Sequence record: DRR378314_740 | DNA: 48,913 nt | Strand: one strand, 5' to 3' | Shown: positions 37,468-47,100 of the stretch, piece after piece | Position numbering within the stretch: the stretch's first letter is position 1 | How the letters are laid out: each line of letters begins with the position of its first letter | Position numbers and translations under genes: made by a program | Notes under the pieces: generated by a model | Seen by the model: only the letters and a program-made list of their open reading frames with translations | What the model was told of the DNA's origin: nothing | The model's database searches: none

Positions 37468-37926
37468 TTACTGCTCCATGTGAGTGATCGTGTGAACAAC
37501 GGCAGTGGTGCCATCAAAACGTTCGAAAATAACGTCAGTGCCTTCTGGCAGTTCGGTCATGTCGGTATCGCTGGTGCGCAGGCGGTAGAAATCGCCGTTG
37601 ACCTTGATACCGCTGGCGCCGTCAAAATCGCGCTTCAGCGTGCGGTACTGGTTGCCCTGCTCGACGCCGGTACCGGTGGTCCCGTAAGCGACGCCCTTGG
37701 GTGAGAACCTCGGTTTGATCCAGCGAACGGCAATGGGGACCAGAATGCCCGAGAACACGCCCATTCCCACCAGTTGCCATTCAAAGGGCGCCCCGAGGAA
37801 GGTCAGCAGTGCCGTTAGTGCAGCCGCAATGCCCAATGCCAACAGAACCAGTACACCAGACGTCAGCTCTGCAAGGCTCAGCACGAGCGCAAGAATCAGC
37901 CAGAAATGCGTAAGACTCCATTCCAT
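37468..37926 (-). CDS. NfeD-like membrane protein
   Basis: WLILALVLSLAEL N-terminus and OB-like C-terminus; upstream of the SPFH gene. Confidence 0.82.
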   Translation of the reverse strand: MEWSLTHFWLILALVLSLAELTSGVLVLLALGIAAALTALLTFLGAPFEWQLVGMGVFSGILVPIAVRWIKPRFSPKGVAYGTTGTGVEQGNQYRTLKRDFDGASGIKVNGDFYRLRTSDTDMTELPEGTDVIFERFDGTTAVVHTITHMEQ

Positions 37927-38161
37927 ACAGAAACATCCGTTAGTGACAAAAAGGGGATGACCCGCAAAGTGTAACCAACCGGGCCAGCGTCGTCCCGGAT
38001 TGTGCACATTCGTGGGGGCAGAGTCACGGTTTTCGTGGCGCTGCCGAGTCAACGTCACAGGGTGGCCTGAATGCCCCGGTCACGGGCGCGTTTTTGCCAT
38101 ATCCTGCGGCCTGACACCTGTTAGAGTAAGCAACACATCGCACAACAAGAGGTCATCGACC

Positions 38162-38977
38162 ATGAAAGATCTGAACAACAGGGTAGCTGTGGTTACCGGC
38201 GCGGGTTCCGGCATTGGCCGGGCACTGGCTGTGGCACTGTCGGAAAAGGGCTGTCGCCTTGCGCTTTCCGACGTTAACGAGGCAGGCCTGGTGGAAACCG
38301 CAGCGGATTGCAGCACGACAGAGGTGCGCACCTATACCCTGGACGTGTCAGACCGGGATGCCATATACGCCCACGCCGAGCAGGTCGCCAAGGATTTCGG
38401 CCAGGTGAACCTGGTGATCAACAACGCAGGGGTTGCCCTGTCCGCATCTGTGCGAGAGATGACCGACGATGACTTCAAGTGGGTCATGGACATCGATTTC
38501 TGGGGTGTGGCCCATGGGACTCGCGCGTTTCTGCCACACCTGATCGCCTCCGGGGATGGTCACGTGGTGAATATTTCCAGTGTATTCGGGCTGATCGGCG
38601 TGCCTAAACAAAGCGCCTACAATGCAGCAAAATTCGCGGTTCGTGGATTTACCGAGTCCTTGCGCCAGGAAATGAAGCTCGAAGAGCAGCCGGTTGCGGT
38701 GAGTTGCGTTCACCCCGGTGGCATCCGTACCAACATTGCGAATGCGGCGCGTATGGGCAAGTCGGAGAACGCCGAAGCCCAACGCAAAGGCTTCGACAAG
38801 CTCGCCATGACCACTCCGGAAAAAGCGGCGAATACCATCGTTCGCGGCATCCTGAAGGATGAATCCCGCATCCTGGTTGGGCCCGACGCCTGGGGTATCG
38901 AGGCCCTGAACCGGGTTCTGGGTTCCGCCTACCAGCCTCTGGTTGAACGGTTCTCCCGGAAAAATCTTTACGTCTGA
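38162..38977 (+). CDS. Short-chain dehydrogenase/reductase
   Basis: TGAGSGIG, NNAG, YNAAK, HPGGIRT. Confidence 0.93.
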   Translation: MKDLNNRVAVVTGAGSGIGRALAVALSEKGCRLALSDVNEAGLVETAADCSTTEVRTYTLDVSDRDAIYAHAEQVAKDFGQVNLVINNAGVALSASVREMTDDDFKWVMDIDFWGVAHGTRAFLPHLIASGDGHVVNISSVFGLIGVPKQSAYNAAKFAVRGFTESLRQEMKLEEQPVAVSCVHPGGIRTNIANAARMGKSENAEAQRKGFDKLAMTTPEKAANTIVRGILKDESRILVGPDAWGIEALNRVLGSAYQPLVERFSRKNLYV

Positions 38978-39115
38978 TCCCTTTTTCATGCTTGCGGAAT
39001 GTCTGTGATTGCGCGGCAGCTCACCGGGGTGATTGAAGCTCGGTGACTGCCGTTGTATATTTTACGTACAGCTGCTCATGTCCGAGTCACGCTGTACTTC
39101 AGGGAAAGAAGCAGC

Positions 39116-40213
39116 ATGAATACGCCCCAGCACCCGGACCTTGGTGCGTCGCTTGAACAAAGCCGCTCAGGTCTACGGGATACCCATCGCCGCTCATTGA
39201 TGCGGGCACTGTTCCTGGTGACGGGTGCCGCGTTGGTGATCTTCGGCTGTCTGCAGATTCTGAATGGCTATACCTGGCTGGCGACAGGGGAGTTTACTGC
39301 CAGCCTTGTCCTGTTTCTTGGGGTCACCCGGATCAATCGAACCCCTCATCTTCAGGTCTGGATCTACAGCTATCTGGTGACCGGTTTCTCCTTCGCCCTG
39401 CTGATCATGCTGGTACCCGAAGCCTCGGTGTCTGCCTTCGTATGGGTCCTGATGATGCCGGTTCTGGCGTATTTGCTGTTGGGTAAGAAGGAAGGTTTCC
39501 TGCTCAGTGCGCCGTTCGTGGTGGCAGGTTGTGTCACCTACTACTTCCACCTGGAGTTCGTCGCGGATGCCGGCGGCATGATCGACCTGCTGAATATGGT
39601 GCTCTGCGCCATCCTGATGCTGGGTTTTATCCATTTTTACGAAACCCGCCGTGAGGAAGCCGAACAAAAGCTCTTCACCCTGGCTCAGACCGACACACTC
39701 ACCGGCCTGGCCAACCGCGCCAACTTCCAGAGCACCCTGGCCCGCACTCTCGCGGAAAGCACCCGCAGTGGCGCCGGTTTTGCGTTGGTCATCATGGATA
39801 TCGACCACTTCAAGGTGGTGAATGACACCATGGGCCACGACGCCGGAGACCACGTGCTGCGAAACATCGGCAAGAGGTTAACTGAACGCCTGCGAACTAC
39901 TGATGCGGTCGGCCGATTGGGCGGGGAGGAATTCGGATTGATACTGCGCGATGTGAAACCGGAGGATTCTTTTGAGCTAATGGATGAACTGCGTCAACGC
40001 ATTGCCGACAGTGAACTGCCTTATGGCGATGCTACTATCCGGGTAACGGCGTCATTCGGTATCGCCCATTACCCGGACCATGCCACTGAAGTGGAGAGTC
40101 TGTTCCGGATTGCCGATCGCTGCCTGTTCAGCGGCAAGCGTGCCGGCCGCAATATTGTTGCCAGAGCTGGTCTGTCGGCGGTCAAAGGCTCGCTGGCGGC
40201 AGCACGGACCTGA
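39116..40213 (+). CDS. Membrane-anchored diguanylate cyclase
   Basis: About 6 TM segments; DIDHFKVVNDTMGHDAGD; RTTD I-site; GGEEF. Confidence 0.92.
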   Translation: MNTPQHPDLGASLEQSRSGLRDTHRRSLMRALFLVTGAALVIFGCLQILNGYTWLATGEFTASLVLFLGVTRINRTPHLQVWIYSYLVTGFSFALLIMLVPEASVSAFVWVLMMPVLAYLLLGKKEGFLLSAPFVVAGCVTYYFHLEFVADAGGMIDLLNMVLCAILMLGFIHFYETRREEAEQKLFTLAQTDTLTGLANRANFQSTLARTLAESTRSGAGFALVIMDIDHFKVVNDTMGHDAGDHVLRNIGKRLTERLRTTDAVGRLGGEEFGLILRDVKPEDSFELMDELRQRIADSELPYGDATIRVTASFGIAHYPDHATEVESLFRIADRCLFSGKRAGRNIVARAGLSAVKGSLAAART

Positions 40214-40226
40214 TGATCGACCCAGG

Positions 40227-41117
40227 TTACTGAATAGTCCGGCGATTCCCCTTTTGGTACTGCGGGGCAATGTATTCGTTGATCTGTTCCTTGAAACGGG
40301 CGATCAGTTCGCTGTTGTCATGGTCCCAGGGGTGGAATCCAGGCTTGAAGTATCCCAACCAGGTCGGTGCCAGGCTGGAGAAGGTGCCGTTCGTGCCCCA
40401 CATCCGCCACAGACCGCGGGCGGTGTCCTTCAGTGAGAAATTCTTCGGGTCGTTCAGCATCATTCGCGTTGTGAAGTAGCTGGCCATCACGCCCAGGGCT
40501 GCGGTGCTGAACGCCAGGTAGAAGGTGCGCTCGGCGTAGGTCCCACCCACCTGGTTGAACACGTCGTAAGTCACCGCTTTGTGCTCGGTCTCCTCAATCG
40601 CGTGCCAAACCCATAGCGGGCGCATGGTTTCGTGCATGTCCTCGCGAACGTCGCTCCGTTCCAGCAGCATGTCCGCCATCATCGCCGTCATGTGCTCCAG
40701 GGCGCAGGTGATGGCCAGCTGGTGGCGCTTGGGGAGCTTCTTGGCGAGACCCAGCACCACTTCCAGGTGCTGTTCCAGCTCTTCCACCGGCATGCCCTGA
40801 TCCCGCACGTGCTGGTTCATGGACTTATGCTCCAGTGAGTGCATGGCCTCCTGGCCGATGAATCCCCGAACCTCCTTTTTCAGCTCGGGGTCATGGATCT
40901 GGTCCTGGTAGTAGCGAACCGAATCCACGAAAAACTGCTCGCCCTGTGGAAACAGCACAGACAGGGCGTTCATGGTGTGGCTCAGAATGTAGCTGTCGTC
41001 CAGCCAGTAGTTGGGAACTTTCTCTCCGAACTCGAACCCCATGCGCTGTGGCTTGATGGCAACGTTGTCCGGTGTGCGTACAACCGGCTTTGACTCAGTG
41101 GCTTTCGTTCTCAGCAT
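40227..41117 (-). CDS. Predicted metal-dependent hydrolase
   Basis: FPQGEQFF, FIGQEAMHSLEH, WHAIEETEHKAV, PGFHPWDHD. Confidence 0.85.
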   Translation of the reverse strand: MLRTKATESKPVVRTPDNVAIKPQRMGFEFGEKVPNYWLDDSYILSHTMNALSVLFPQGEQFFVDSVRYYQDQIHDPELKKEVRGFIGQEAMHSLEHKSMNQHVRDQGMPVEELEQHLEVVLGLAKKLPKRHQLAITCALEHMTAMMADMLLERSDVREDMHETMRPLWVWHAIEETEHKAVTYDVFNQVGGTYAERTFYLAFSTAALGVMASYFTTRMMLNDPKNFSLKDTARGLWRMWGTNGTFSSLAPTWLGYFKPGFHPWDHDNSELIARFKEQINEYIAPQYQKGNRRTIQ

Positions 41118-41362
41118 GTCATTACTCCTGCGCTTGGGCGCTATGGCTGATGTGATGGGTTCAGTGTGGGTGAGTCAATGCGGGCTTTGAATGCGAAAAG
41201 GGGACGGCCATCGTGGAGTAGGGGCCAGCAAAGGCCTCAATTGACTACGCTGACGTAGTTGACGGTGCCTCCAGTCACAGTGCCGCTGTGCCGGGCTTCT
41301 GATAGCATCGGTAACAGTGAGTCTTCCCATAACAACTCTCACGCAACAAAAAAGGAATCTGC

Positions 41363-42469
41363 ATGGCGAACCCGGGCCCGGAAAAAGAACGGCAGATGCT
41401 GGGACTGTTCCTGGTTCCCGGTGTGTATCTCCGGGTGCTGGCGGACGTCGTACGGCAATTGGGCTACAACGACCGCCTTCTCTATGACGGCATGACGCTC
41501 ACGCCCCAGGACTTGAAGTCCAACGACAGTCGGGTGTTTGTGACCGACGCCATTGTGATGGTGGAGCGGGCTCTGAACCTGGCTGGGAAAGACGGTCTGA
41601 GCTTTATGTTGGCGCGCGAGCTGCGGGTCACCATCCATGGCACCCTCGGCTTCGCTGCCCTGACCAGCCCCACGCTGGCGGGCGCGCTGGATTCGGTAAA
41701 GCGTTACCTGCAGTTGCGTGTGCCCTTTCTGACCATGACTCTGACCGACACCGGCGACCATGTGCTGGTAAGGCTGCGGACCGAGTTCGACGTGCCCACC
41801 CAGTACCGCTTCCTGGCAGAAACCGTAAGCGCCACCCTGATGATGCTGGCGGAACAGCTGATTGACCGCGAGGACGCGGAAAAACGCGGATTTACTCTGG
41901 TGGACGGCAAGCTCCCAGGCGTCAAAGTGCAACTGACCTCTCCGGAACCGGCCTACTACAGCAAGTTCGCGCCTCAGCTACCGGTGCCCTTCGAATACGG
42001 CCAGCCGGAGGAAACCATGGTGTTCCCCAAGGGCCTGTTGGACACCCGAATGCGTCTGGCAGACGCGGAAGCGTCCCGGATGGCCCGGGACCAGTGCGAG
42101 TTCGAACTGCAGAAGGCCCTGAAAGACCAGGGCGACATCACCTATGCGATCCGCAATATGCTCCATGTAATGCCCGGGCCGCTGCCGTCCCTCGAAGCGA
42201 TGGCGGAGCGTTTTTGCGTCTCGTCGCGCACGTTGAAGCGGCGGTTGGCAGACAAAGACACCACCTACCGCGAGATTGTAGAGGCGGTTCTCAAAGACCG
42301 CGCCATCCAATTGCTGCGGTACACCAACCAGTCTGTCAGCGAGATTGCCTACGAACTGGGGTACGCGGACCTGTCCAATTTCAGCCGCGCCTTCCGCAAA
42401 TGGACCGGCAAGTCCGCCAGCGAATTCCGCGAGGGTGGCCCGGACCCGGCGCCTGAGGTGGGTCCGTGA
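41363..42469 (+). CDS. AraC-family regulator
   Basis: HGTLGFAALTSPT; C-terminal SRTLKRRL...IAYELGYADLSNFSRAFRKWTG. Confidence 0.92.
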   Translation: MANPGPEKERQMLGLFLVPGVYLRVLADVVRQLGYNDRLLYDGMTLTPQDLKSNDSRVFVTDAIVMVERALNLAGKDGLSFMLARELRVTIHGTLGFAALTSPTLAGALDSVKRYLQLRVPFLTMTLTDTGDHVLVRLRTEFDVPTQYRFLAETVSATLMMLAEQLIDREDAEKRGFTLVDGKLPGVKVQLTSPEPAYYSKFAPQLPVPFEYGQPEETMVFPKGLLDTRMRLADAEASRMARDQCEFELQKALKDQGDITYAIRNMLHVMPGPLPSLEAMAERFCVSSRTLKRRLADKDTTYREIVEAVLKDRAIQLLRYTNQSVSEIAYELGYADLSNFSRAFRKWTGKSASEFREGGPDPAPEVGP

Positions 42470-42546
42470 CAAAAACCTTCCGGTAAGGCGACAGGTCAAA
42501 AATGCTGTGCTAGCTTAAAAGTTCGGTTACAGAAAAAAGCAGGACA

Positions 42547-42571
42547 TTGTTGCAATTGAGTATCGCAACAA
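42547..42571. promoter_or_regulatory. Inverted repeat operator upstream of the TRAP operon
   Basis: TTGTTGC-N11-GCAACAA. Confidence 0.5.
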
Positions 42572-42655
42572 CCTGATTGCGACTAGGGAACGACAGCAGT
42601 CCATGGCCGTGTGGCTATCTGGCTGGCTCGCTAACGCATTGAGTGGGGTCTGTAG

Positions 42656-43162
42656 ATGCCACCTTTCGTCAACGGATACATCCGATTCGTGGATGCCGTA
42701 AATTACCGTGTTGGCAGGGCGGTGATGTACGGCATCTTTGTCATGGTCGCGATTCTGCTGTGGTCGTCCATTTCCAAAGCGTTTTTCCTTCCCTCTCTAT
42801 GGACGCTCGAAGCCGCACAGTTTGCCATGGTGGCGTATTACATCCTGGGTGGCCCCTATTCGATCCAGCTGGATGCGAATGTGCGCATGGACCTGTTTTA
42901 CGGCAACTGGTCGGCTCGTAAAAAAGCCTGGTTCGATGTTTTTACCATATTCTTCCTGATTTTCTTTCTGGGCGTGCTCCTGTACGGCGCCTATGACAGC
43001 ACCAGCTATGCAGTCCAATACGGCGAGCGCAGCCCCTCCGCGTGGCGACCCTACATGTGGCCGATCAAGGTAGTGATGTGCATCGGCTTCTCACTCATGT
43101 TGTTGCAGGCGGTATCGGAACTGTTCAAAGACATCGCCCGCATTCGGGGAGAAGACCTCTGA
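42656..43162 (+). CDS. TRAP transporter small permease (DctQ)
   Basis: WTLEAAQF, ANVRMDLFY, 4 TM segments. Confidence 0.9.
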   Translation: MPPFVNGYIRFVDAVNYRVGRAVMYGIFVMVAILLWSSISKAFFLPSLWTLEAAQFAMVAYYILGGPYSIQLDANVRMDLFYGNWSARKKAWFDVFTIFFLIFFLGVLLYGAYDSTSYAVQYGERSPSAWRPYMWPIKVVMCIGFSLMLLQAVSELFKDIARIRGEDL

Positions 43163-44484
43163 TGTCTTACGATCTCATCGCCATTTTCATGTTCGCCTCG
43201 ATGATGTTGATGCTTATGACCGGACAGCGTGTGTTTGGGGCAATCGGTGCGGTAGCGGCAGCATCCGCGCTGGCGCTGTGGGGAACGGGAGGTTCCGATA
43301 TTCCCTTCTCATCCGCCATGAAGCTGATGAACTGGTATCCGCTGCTGACGCTGCCGATGTTTATCTTCATGGGCTACGTGCTCTCGGAATCGAAAATCGC
43401 CGATGACCTCTACCGAATGTTCCATGTCTGGATGGGGCCGATTCATGGCGGGCTTGCCATTGGCACCATTGGCCTGATGGTGCTGGTGTCGGCCATGAAC
43501 GGTTTGTCGGTTGCCGGTATGGCCATCGGTGCCACCATCGCCCTGCCCGAATTGCTACGGCGGGGCTATGACAAGCGGATGGTGACTGGCGTGGTTCAGG
43601 CGGGGTCCTCCCTGGGCATTCTGGTGCCGCCCTCGGTCGTGCTGGTGTTGTACGCCATGATTGCACGCCAGCCAGTGGGGCAGCTTTGGCTTGCGGGCGT
43701 TGTGCCCGGGCTGATCATGGCCGTGATGTTTATCATCTACATTGCCGTGCGCTGCCGCCTTCAGCCGGAACTCGGGCCGGTACTGCCAAAAGAGGAGCGC
43801 CAGGTCAGCCTGGGTGAGAAGTTACGCCTGTTGCGTGCCGGGGTTCTCCCGGTGGTTATTTTCGCTTCCATGATGGTGCCGTTCGTCAAAGGCTGGACCA
43901 GCCTGGTGGAAAGTTCGGCCATCGGCGCCATGGCGGCCTTCGTCGCGGCGATCCTTAAACGCCGGATGACCCGAGCGGTGTTTGAAGCTTCCGTGCGACA
44001 GACGCTGGCTATTTCCTGCATGTTCATGTGGATCATCCTCGCCGCTCTTGGTTTCGGGGCGGTGTTTGACGGGCTGGGCGCGGTGAAGGCCATCGACAAT
44101 CTGTTTACCGAGCAACTGGGGCTCAATCCCTGGATGATCCTGATCATGATGCAGCTGTCGTTCCTGCTGATGGGGACCTTCCTGGACGATACCGCGATGC
44201 TGGTGATTGTGGCGCCCCTGTACGTGCCTCTTGTGGCGGCCCTTGGTTTTGATCTGATCTGGTATGGCGTCCTCTACACCATTACCACCCAGATTGCCTA
44301 CATGACGCCCCCTTTCGGTTACAACCTGTTCCTGATGCGGGCCATGGCGCCACCTGAGATCTCCCTGCGCGATATCTACAGTTCAATTCTCCCGTTTGTC
44401 TGCGTGATGCTGGTGGCGCTGTCGCTGATCATGGCCTTTCCACAGATTGCGCTCTGGCTGCCGGAGTACGTTTACAGCAGGTGA
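43162..44484 (+). CDS. TRAP transporter large permease (DctM)
   Basis: TGATG coupling at 43160-43164; LGILVPPSVVLVLY, MTPPFGYNLF. Confidence 0.93.
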   Translation: MSYDLIAIFMFASMMLMLMTGQRVFGAIGAVAAASALALWGTGGSDIPFSSAMKLMNWYPLLTLPMFIFMGYVLSESKIADDLYRMFHVWMGPIHGGLAIGTIGLMVLVSAMNGLSVAGMAIGATIALPELLRRGYDKRMVTGVVQAGSSLGILVPPSVVLVLYAMIARQPVGQLWLAGVVPGLIMAVMFIIYIAVRCRLQPELGPVLPKEERQVSLGEKLRLLRAGVLPVVIFASMMVPFVKGWTSLVESSAIGAMAAFVAAILKRRMTRAVFEASVRQTLAISCMFMWIILAALGFGAVFDGLGAVKAIDNLFTEQLGLNPWMILIMMQLSFLLMGTFLDDTAMLVIVAPLYVPLVAALGFDLIWYGVLYTITTQIAYMTPPFGYNLFLMRAMAPPEISLRDIYSSILPFVCVMLVALSLIMAFPQIALWLPEYVYSR

Positions 44485-44574
44485 ACCGTCGAGGTTTCTG
44501 GATGAGTACGAATGTCGAGTAACACCCCGGAGGCCGGCCGGCTTCCATAACAAGCGTCAGTCAAGGAGGTCGAC

Positions 44575-45621
44575 ATGACCACAAGACGTAAATTTCTCGC
44601 ATCAGCATCCGTAGCAGCACTGGCAGGGGCAGCCGCCTTTACGCCGCCCAGACTTTACGCGCAGGAGCCGAAGATACGATGGCGACTGCAAACCTACGCC
44701 GGGCCGGCCCTGGCAGAGCATGTGGTCAAGCCAGCGATCGACAGCTTCAACCGTATTGCCGGCAAAGAGATGCAGATTGAGCTCTATTTTGCCGATCAGC
44801 TTGTTCCCACGGGGGAACTGTTCCGTGCCATGCAAAAAGGCACGATCGACGCGGTTCAATCCGACGATGACTCCATGGCATCACCCACAGAAGTCACTGT
44901 CTTCGGCGGCTACTTCCCGTTCGCCAGCCGCTATTCACTGGATGTGCCCGTACTGTTCAATCAATACGGCCTCAACGAAATCTGGGATGAGGAATACTCC
45001 AAGGTGGGGGTAAAACACCTGTCTGCCGGTGCCTGGGACCCCTGCCATTTTGCCACCAAAGAGCCGATTCACAGTCTCGAGGATCTCAAAGGCAAGCGTG
45101 TCTTTACCTTCCCGACTGCTGGCCGCTTCATGAGCCAGTTCGGCGTGGTGCCGGTTCAGCTGCCCTGGGAGGATATTGAAGTCGCGGTGCAAACCGGTGA
45201 GCTGGACGGCATCGCCTGGTCCGGCATTACCGAGGACTACACGGTGGGCTGGGCGGACGTGACCAATTACTTCCTGACCAACAATATTTCCGGTGCCTGG
45301 GCGGGATCCTTCTTCGCCAACATGGATCGCTACAACGAGCTGCCGGATCATCTCAAGGAACTGCTGAAACTGACCATGGACAGCTCACACTATTATCGCC
45401 AGTGGTGGTACTGGGGTGGTGAAGCCAAACTGCGCACTGACGGCACGAAGATGAAGCTGACCACCATTCCGGATAAGGAATGGGCGGAAGTTGAAAAAGC
45501 GGCCCGTGTGTTCTGGGATGAGGTTGCCCAGGAATCCGAAACCAAGGCCCGTGTGGTCAAGATACTCAAGGAATACAACGAAAAAATGGAGAAGGCAGGG
45601 CGGCCCTATCGTTACACCTGA
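44575..45621 (+). CDS. TRAP substrate-binding protein with Tat signal
   Basis: TTRRKFL Tat motif; WRLQT, IHSLEDLKGKR, QTGELDG; AAGGAGG RBS. Confidence 0.92.
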   Translation: MTTRRKFLASASVAALAGAAAFTPPRLYAQEPKIRWRLQTYAGPALAEHVVKPAIDSFNRIAGKEMQIELYFADQLVPTGELFRAMQKGTIDAVQSDDDSMASPTEVTVFGGYFPFASRYSLDVPVLFNQYGLNEIWDEEYSKVGVKHLSAGAWDPCHFATKEPIHSLEDLKGKRVFTFPTAGRFMSQFGVVPVQLPWEDIEVAVQTGELDGIAWSGITEDYTVGWADVTNYFLTNNISGAWAGSFFANMDRYNELPDHLKELLKLTMDSSHYYRQWWYWGGEAKLRTDGTKMKLTTIPDKEWAEVEKAARVFWDEVAQESETKARVVKILKEYNEKMEKAGRPYRYT

Positions 45622-45641
45622 GCGGGTCGCGGAGAAACACG

Positions 45642-45685
45642 GCGTTCAGTGGCTGTCAGTCCCGAAGTCATTCGCCACTGAACGC
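45642..45685. terminator. Intra-operon stem-loop after the SBP gene
   Basis: Perfect 12-bp inverted repeat GCGTTCAGTGGC / GCCACTGAACGC. Confidence 0.55.
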
Positions 45686-45723
45686 GGCGTCTTTTAGCTT
45701 AACTGATATTGCGGAGCCGTGAG

Positions 45724-47091
45724 ATGGCAGCTCAACTGTCCTTTAAGGAACTGAAAACATGTGTCGAAGACGGCACGATTGATACGGTCGTGGCAGCGAT
45801 CCCCGATATGCAGGGGCGTCTCATGGGTAAACGATTCCAGGCCCAGTACTTCATCGATACCGCCTGGGAAGAGAGCCACTGTTGCAAATACCTTGTGGCC
45901 ACTGATCTGGAAATGACAACGGTGGAGAACTACGCCTCGACCAGTTGGGCCGCCGGTTATGGCGACTATGTGATGAAACCGGATCTGACCACGCTGCGGC
46001 GCCTGCCGTGGCTCGAGGGAACCGCCTTCATCCTGTGTGACCTGATTGATCACGCCACCCATGAGCCTGTACCGCACTCACCCAGGGCGGTCCTAAAAAA
46101 ACAACTGGAACGCTTGTCGGCCATGGGGCTGCAGATGACCACGGCCACTGAACTGGAATTTTTCATCTTCCGGGAAACCTTCGAGGAAATGCAGAAGCGT
46201 CAGTATCACCATATGACGCCCATCAGCCCCTATAACGAGGATTATCACATCTTCCAGACCACCCGTGAGGAAGACGTGATGCGCCCGATTCGCAACGGGC
46301 TCTACCAGGCAGGCATTACGGTTGAGAGCAGCAAAGGTGAGGCCGACGCCGGGCAGGCCGAACTCAACATCCATTACTCTGACCCGCTCACCATGGCCGA
46401 CACCCACGTTCTGGTGAAGAACGCCGTCAAGGAAATCGCGTGGCAGCACGGGCGCAGTGTGAGCTTTATGGCCAAGTGGAATCACAACGCCGCCGGGTCA
46501 TCCAGCCATATCCACCAGGCCCTCTCGGACAGCACGGGCAAATCGGTGTTCTACGACCCCAATGGCGCCCATGGCATGTCCAGAACCATGGAGCATGCGC
46601 TGGCCGGGCTGCTGGAATACGCCAACGACACCACCTTCTTCCTCGCGCCTTACGTTAACTCGTACAAGCGATTTGCCGCCGGCACCTTTGCGCCGACCAG
46701 TACCGTCTGGTCCATCGACAATCGCACCGCAGGCTATCGGGTGGTTGCACCGAACACGGATGCCGTGCGGGTGGAGTGCCGCATCGGCGGCTCGGACCTC
46801 AATCCGTATCTGGCGCTGGCGTCGCAGATTGCCGCCACCATCGCCGGCATCGAACGCAAACTCGAGCTGGAGCCGGAGTTCTCCGGCAATGCGTATGGCG
46901 CTGAGTCCGCCCGCAGTATTCCAGCCACATTGAGGGCAGCCACGGAATCGTTACGCGGCTCGACCATGCTGCGGGAAGCCATGGGCAACGACGTTATTGA
47001 TCACTATGTGCGCTGTGCGGAGTGGGAGCAGGAAGATTTTGATCGTGTGGTCACCGATTACGAAGTCAAACGTGGATTTGAGCAGGCGTAG
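45724..47091 (+). CDS. Glutamine synthetase-like gamma-glutamyl-amine ligase
   Basis: DMQGRLMGKR, ATELEFF, GQAELN, GSSSHIHQ, NSYKRF, DNRTAGYR, ECRIGGSDLNPYLA. Confidence 0.92.
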   Translation: MAAQLSFKELKTCVEDGTIDTVVAAIPDMQGRLMGKRFQAQYFIDTAWEESHCCKYLVATDLEMTTVENYASTSWAAGYGDYVMKPDLTTLRRLPWLEGTAFILCDLIDHATHEPVPHSPRAVLKKQLERLSAMGLQMTTATELEFFIFRETFEEMQKRQYHHMTPISPYNEDYHIFQTTREEDVMRPIRNGLYQAGITVESSKGEADAGQAELNIHYSDPLTMADTHVLVKNAVKEIAWQHGRSVSFMAKWNHNAAGSSSHIHQALSDSTGKSVFYDPNGAHGMSRTMEHALAGLLEYANDTTFFLAPYVNSYKRFAAGTFAPTSTVWSIDNRTAGYRVVAPNTDAVRVECRIGGSDLNPYLALASQIAATIAGIERKLELEPEFSGNAYGAESARSIPATLRAATESLRGSTMLREAMGNDVIDHYVRCAEWEQEDFDRVVTDYEVKRGFEQA

Positions 47092-47100
47092 GACACAGCT

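Noticed and set aside
37970-37996. TGTAAC upstream of the SDR gene (also at 18068 and at the ectA stop) as further ECF promoters
   Set aside because: No nTGTCT -10 element at 15-16 nt spacing.
41244-41259. ACTACG-CTGA-CGTAGT palindrome between the hydrolase and araC genes
   Set aside because: Short, single occurrence, and AraC proteins usually bind direct repeats; cannot be distinguished from chance.
42623-42637. Sigma54 promoter upstream of the TRAP operon
   Set aside because: TGGCTCGCTAACGCA gives GG-N9-GC, not the required GG-N10-GC.
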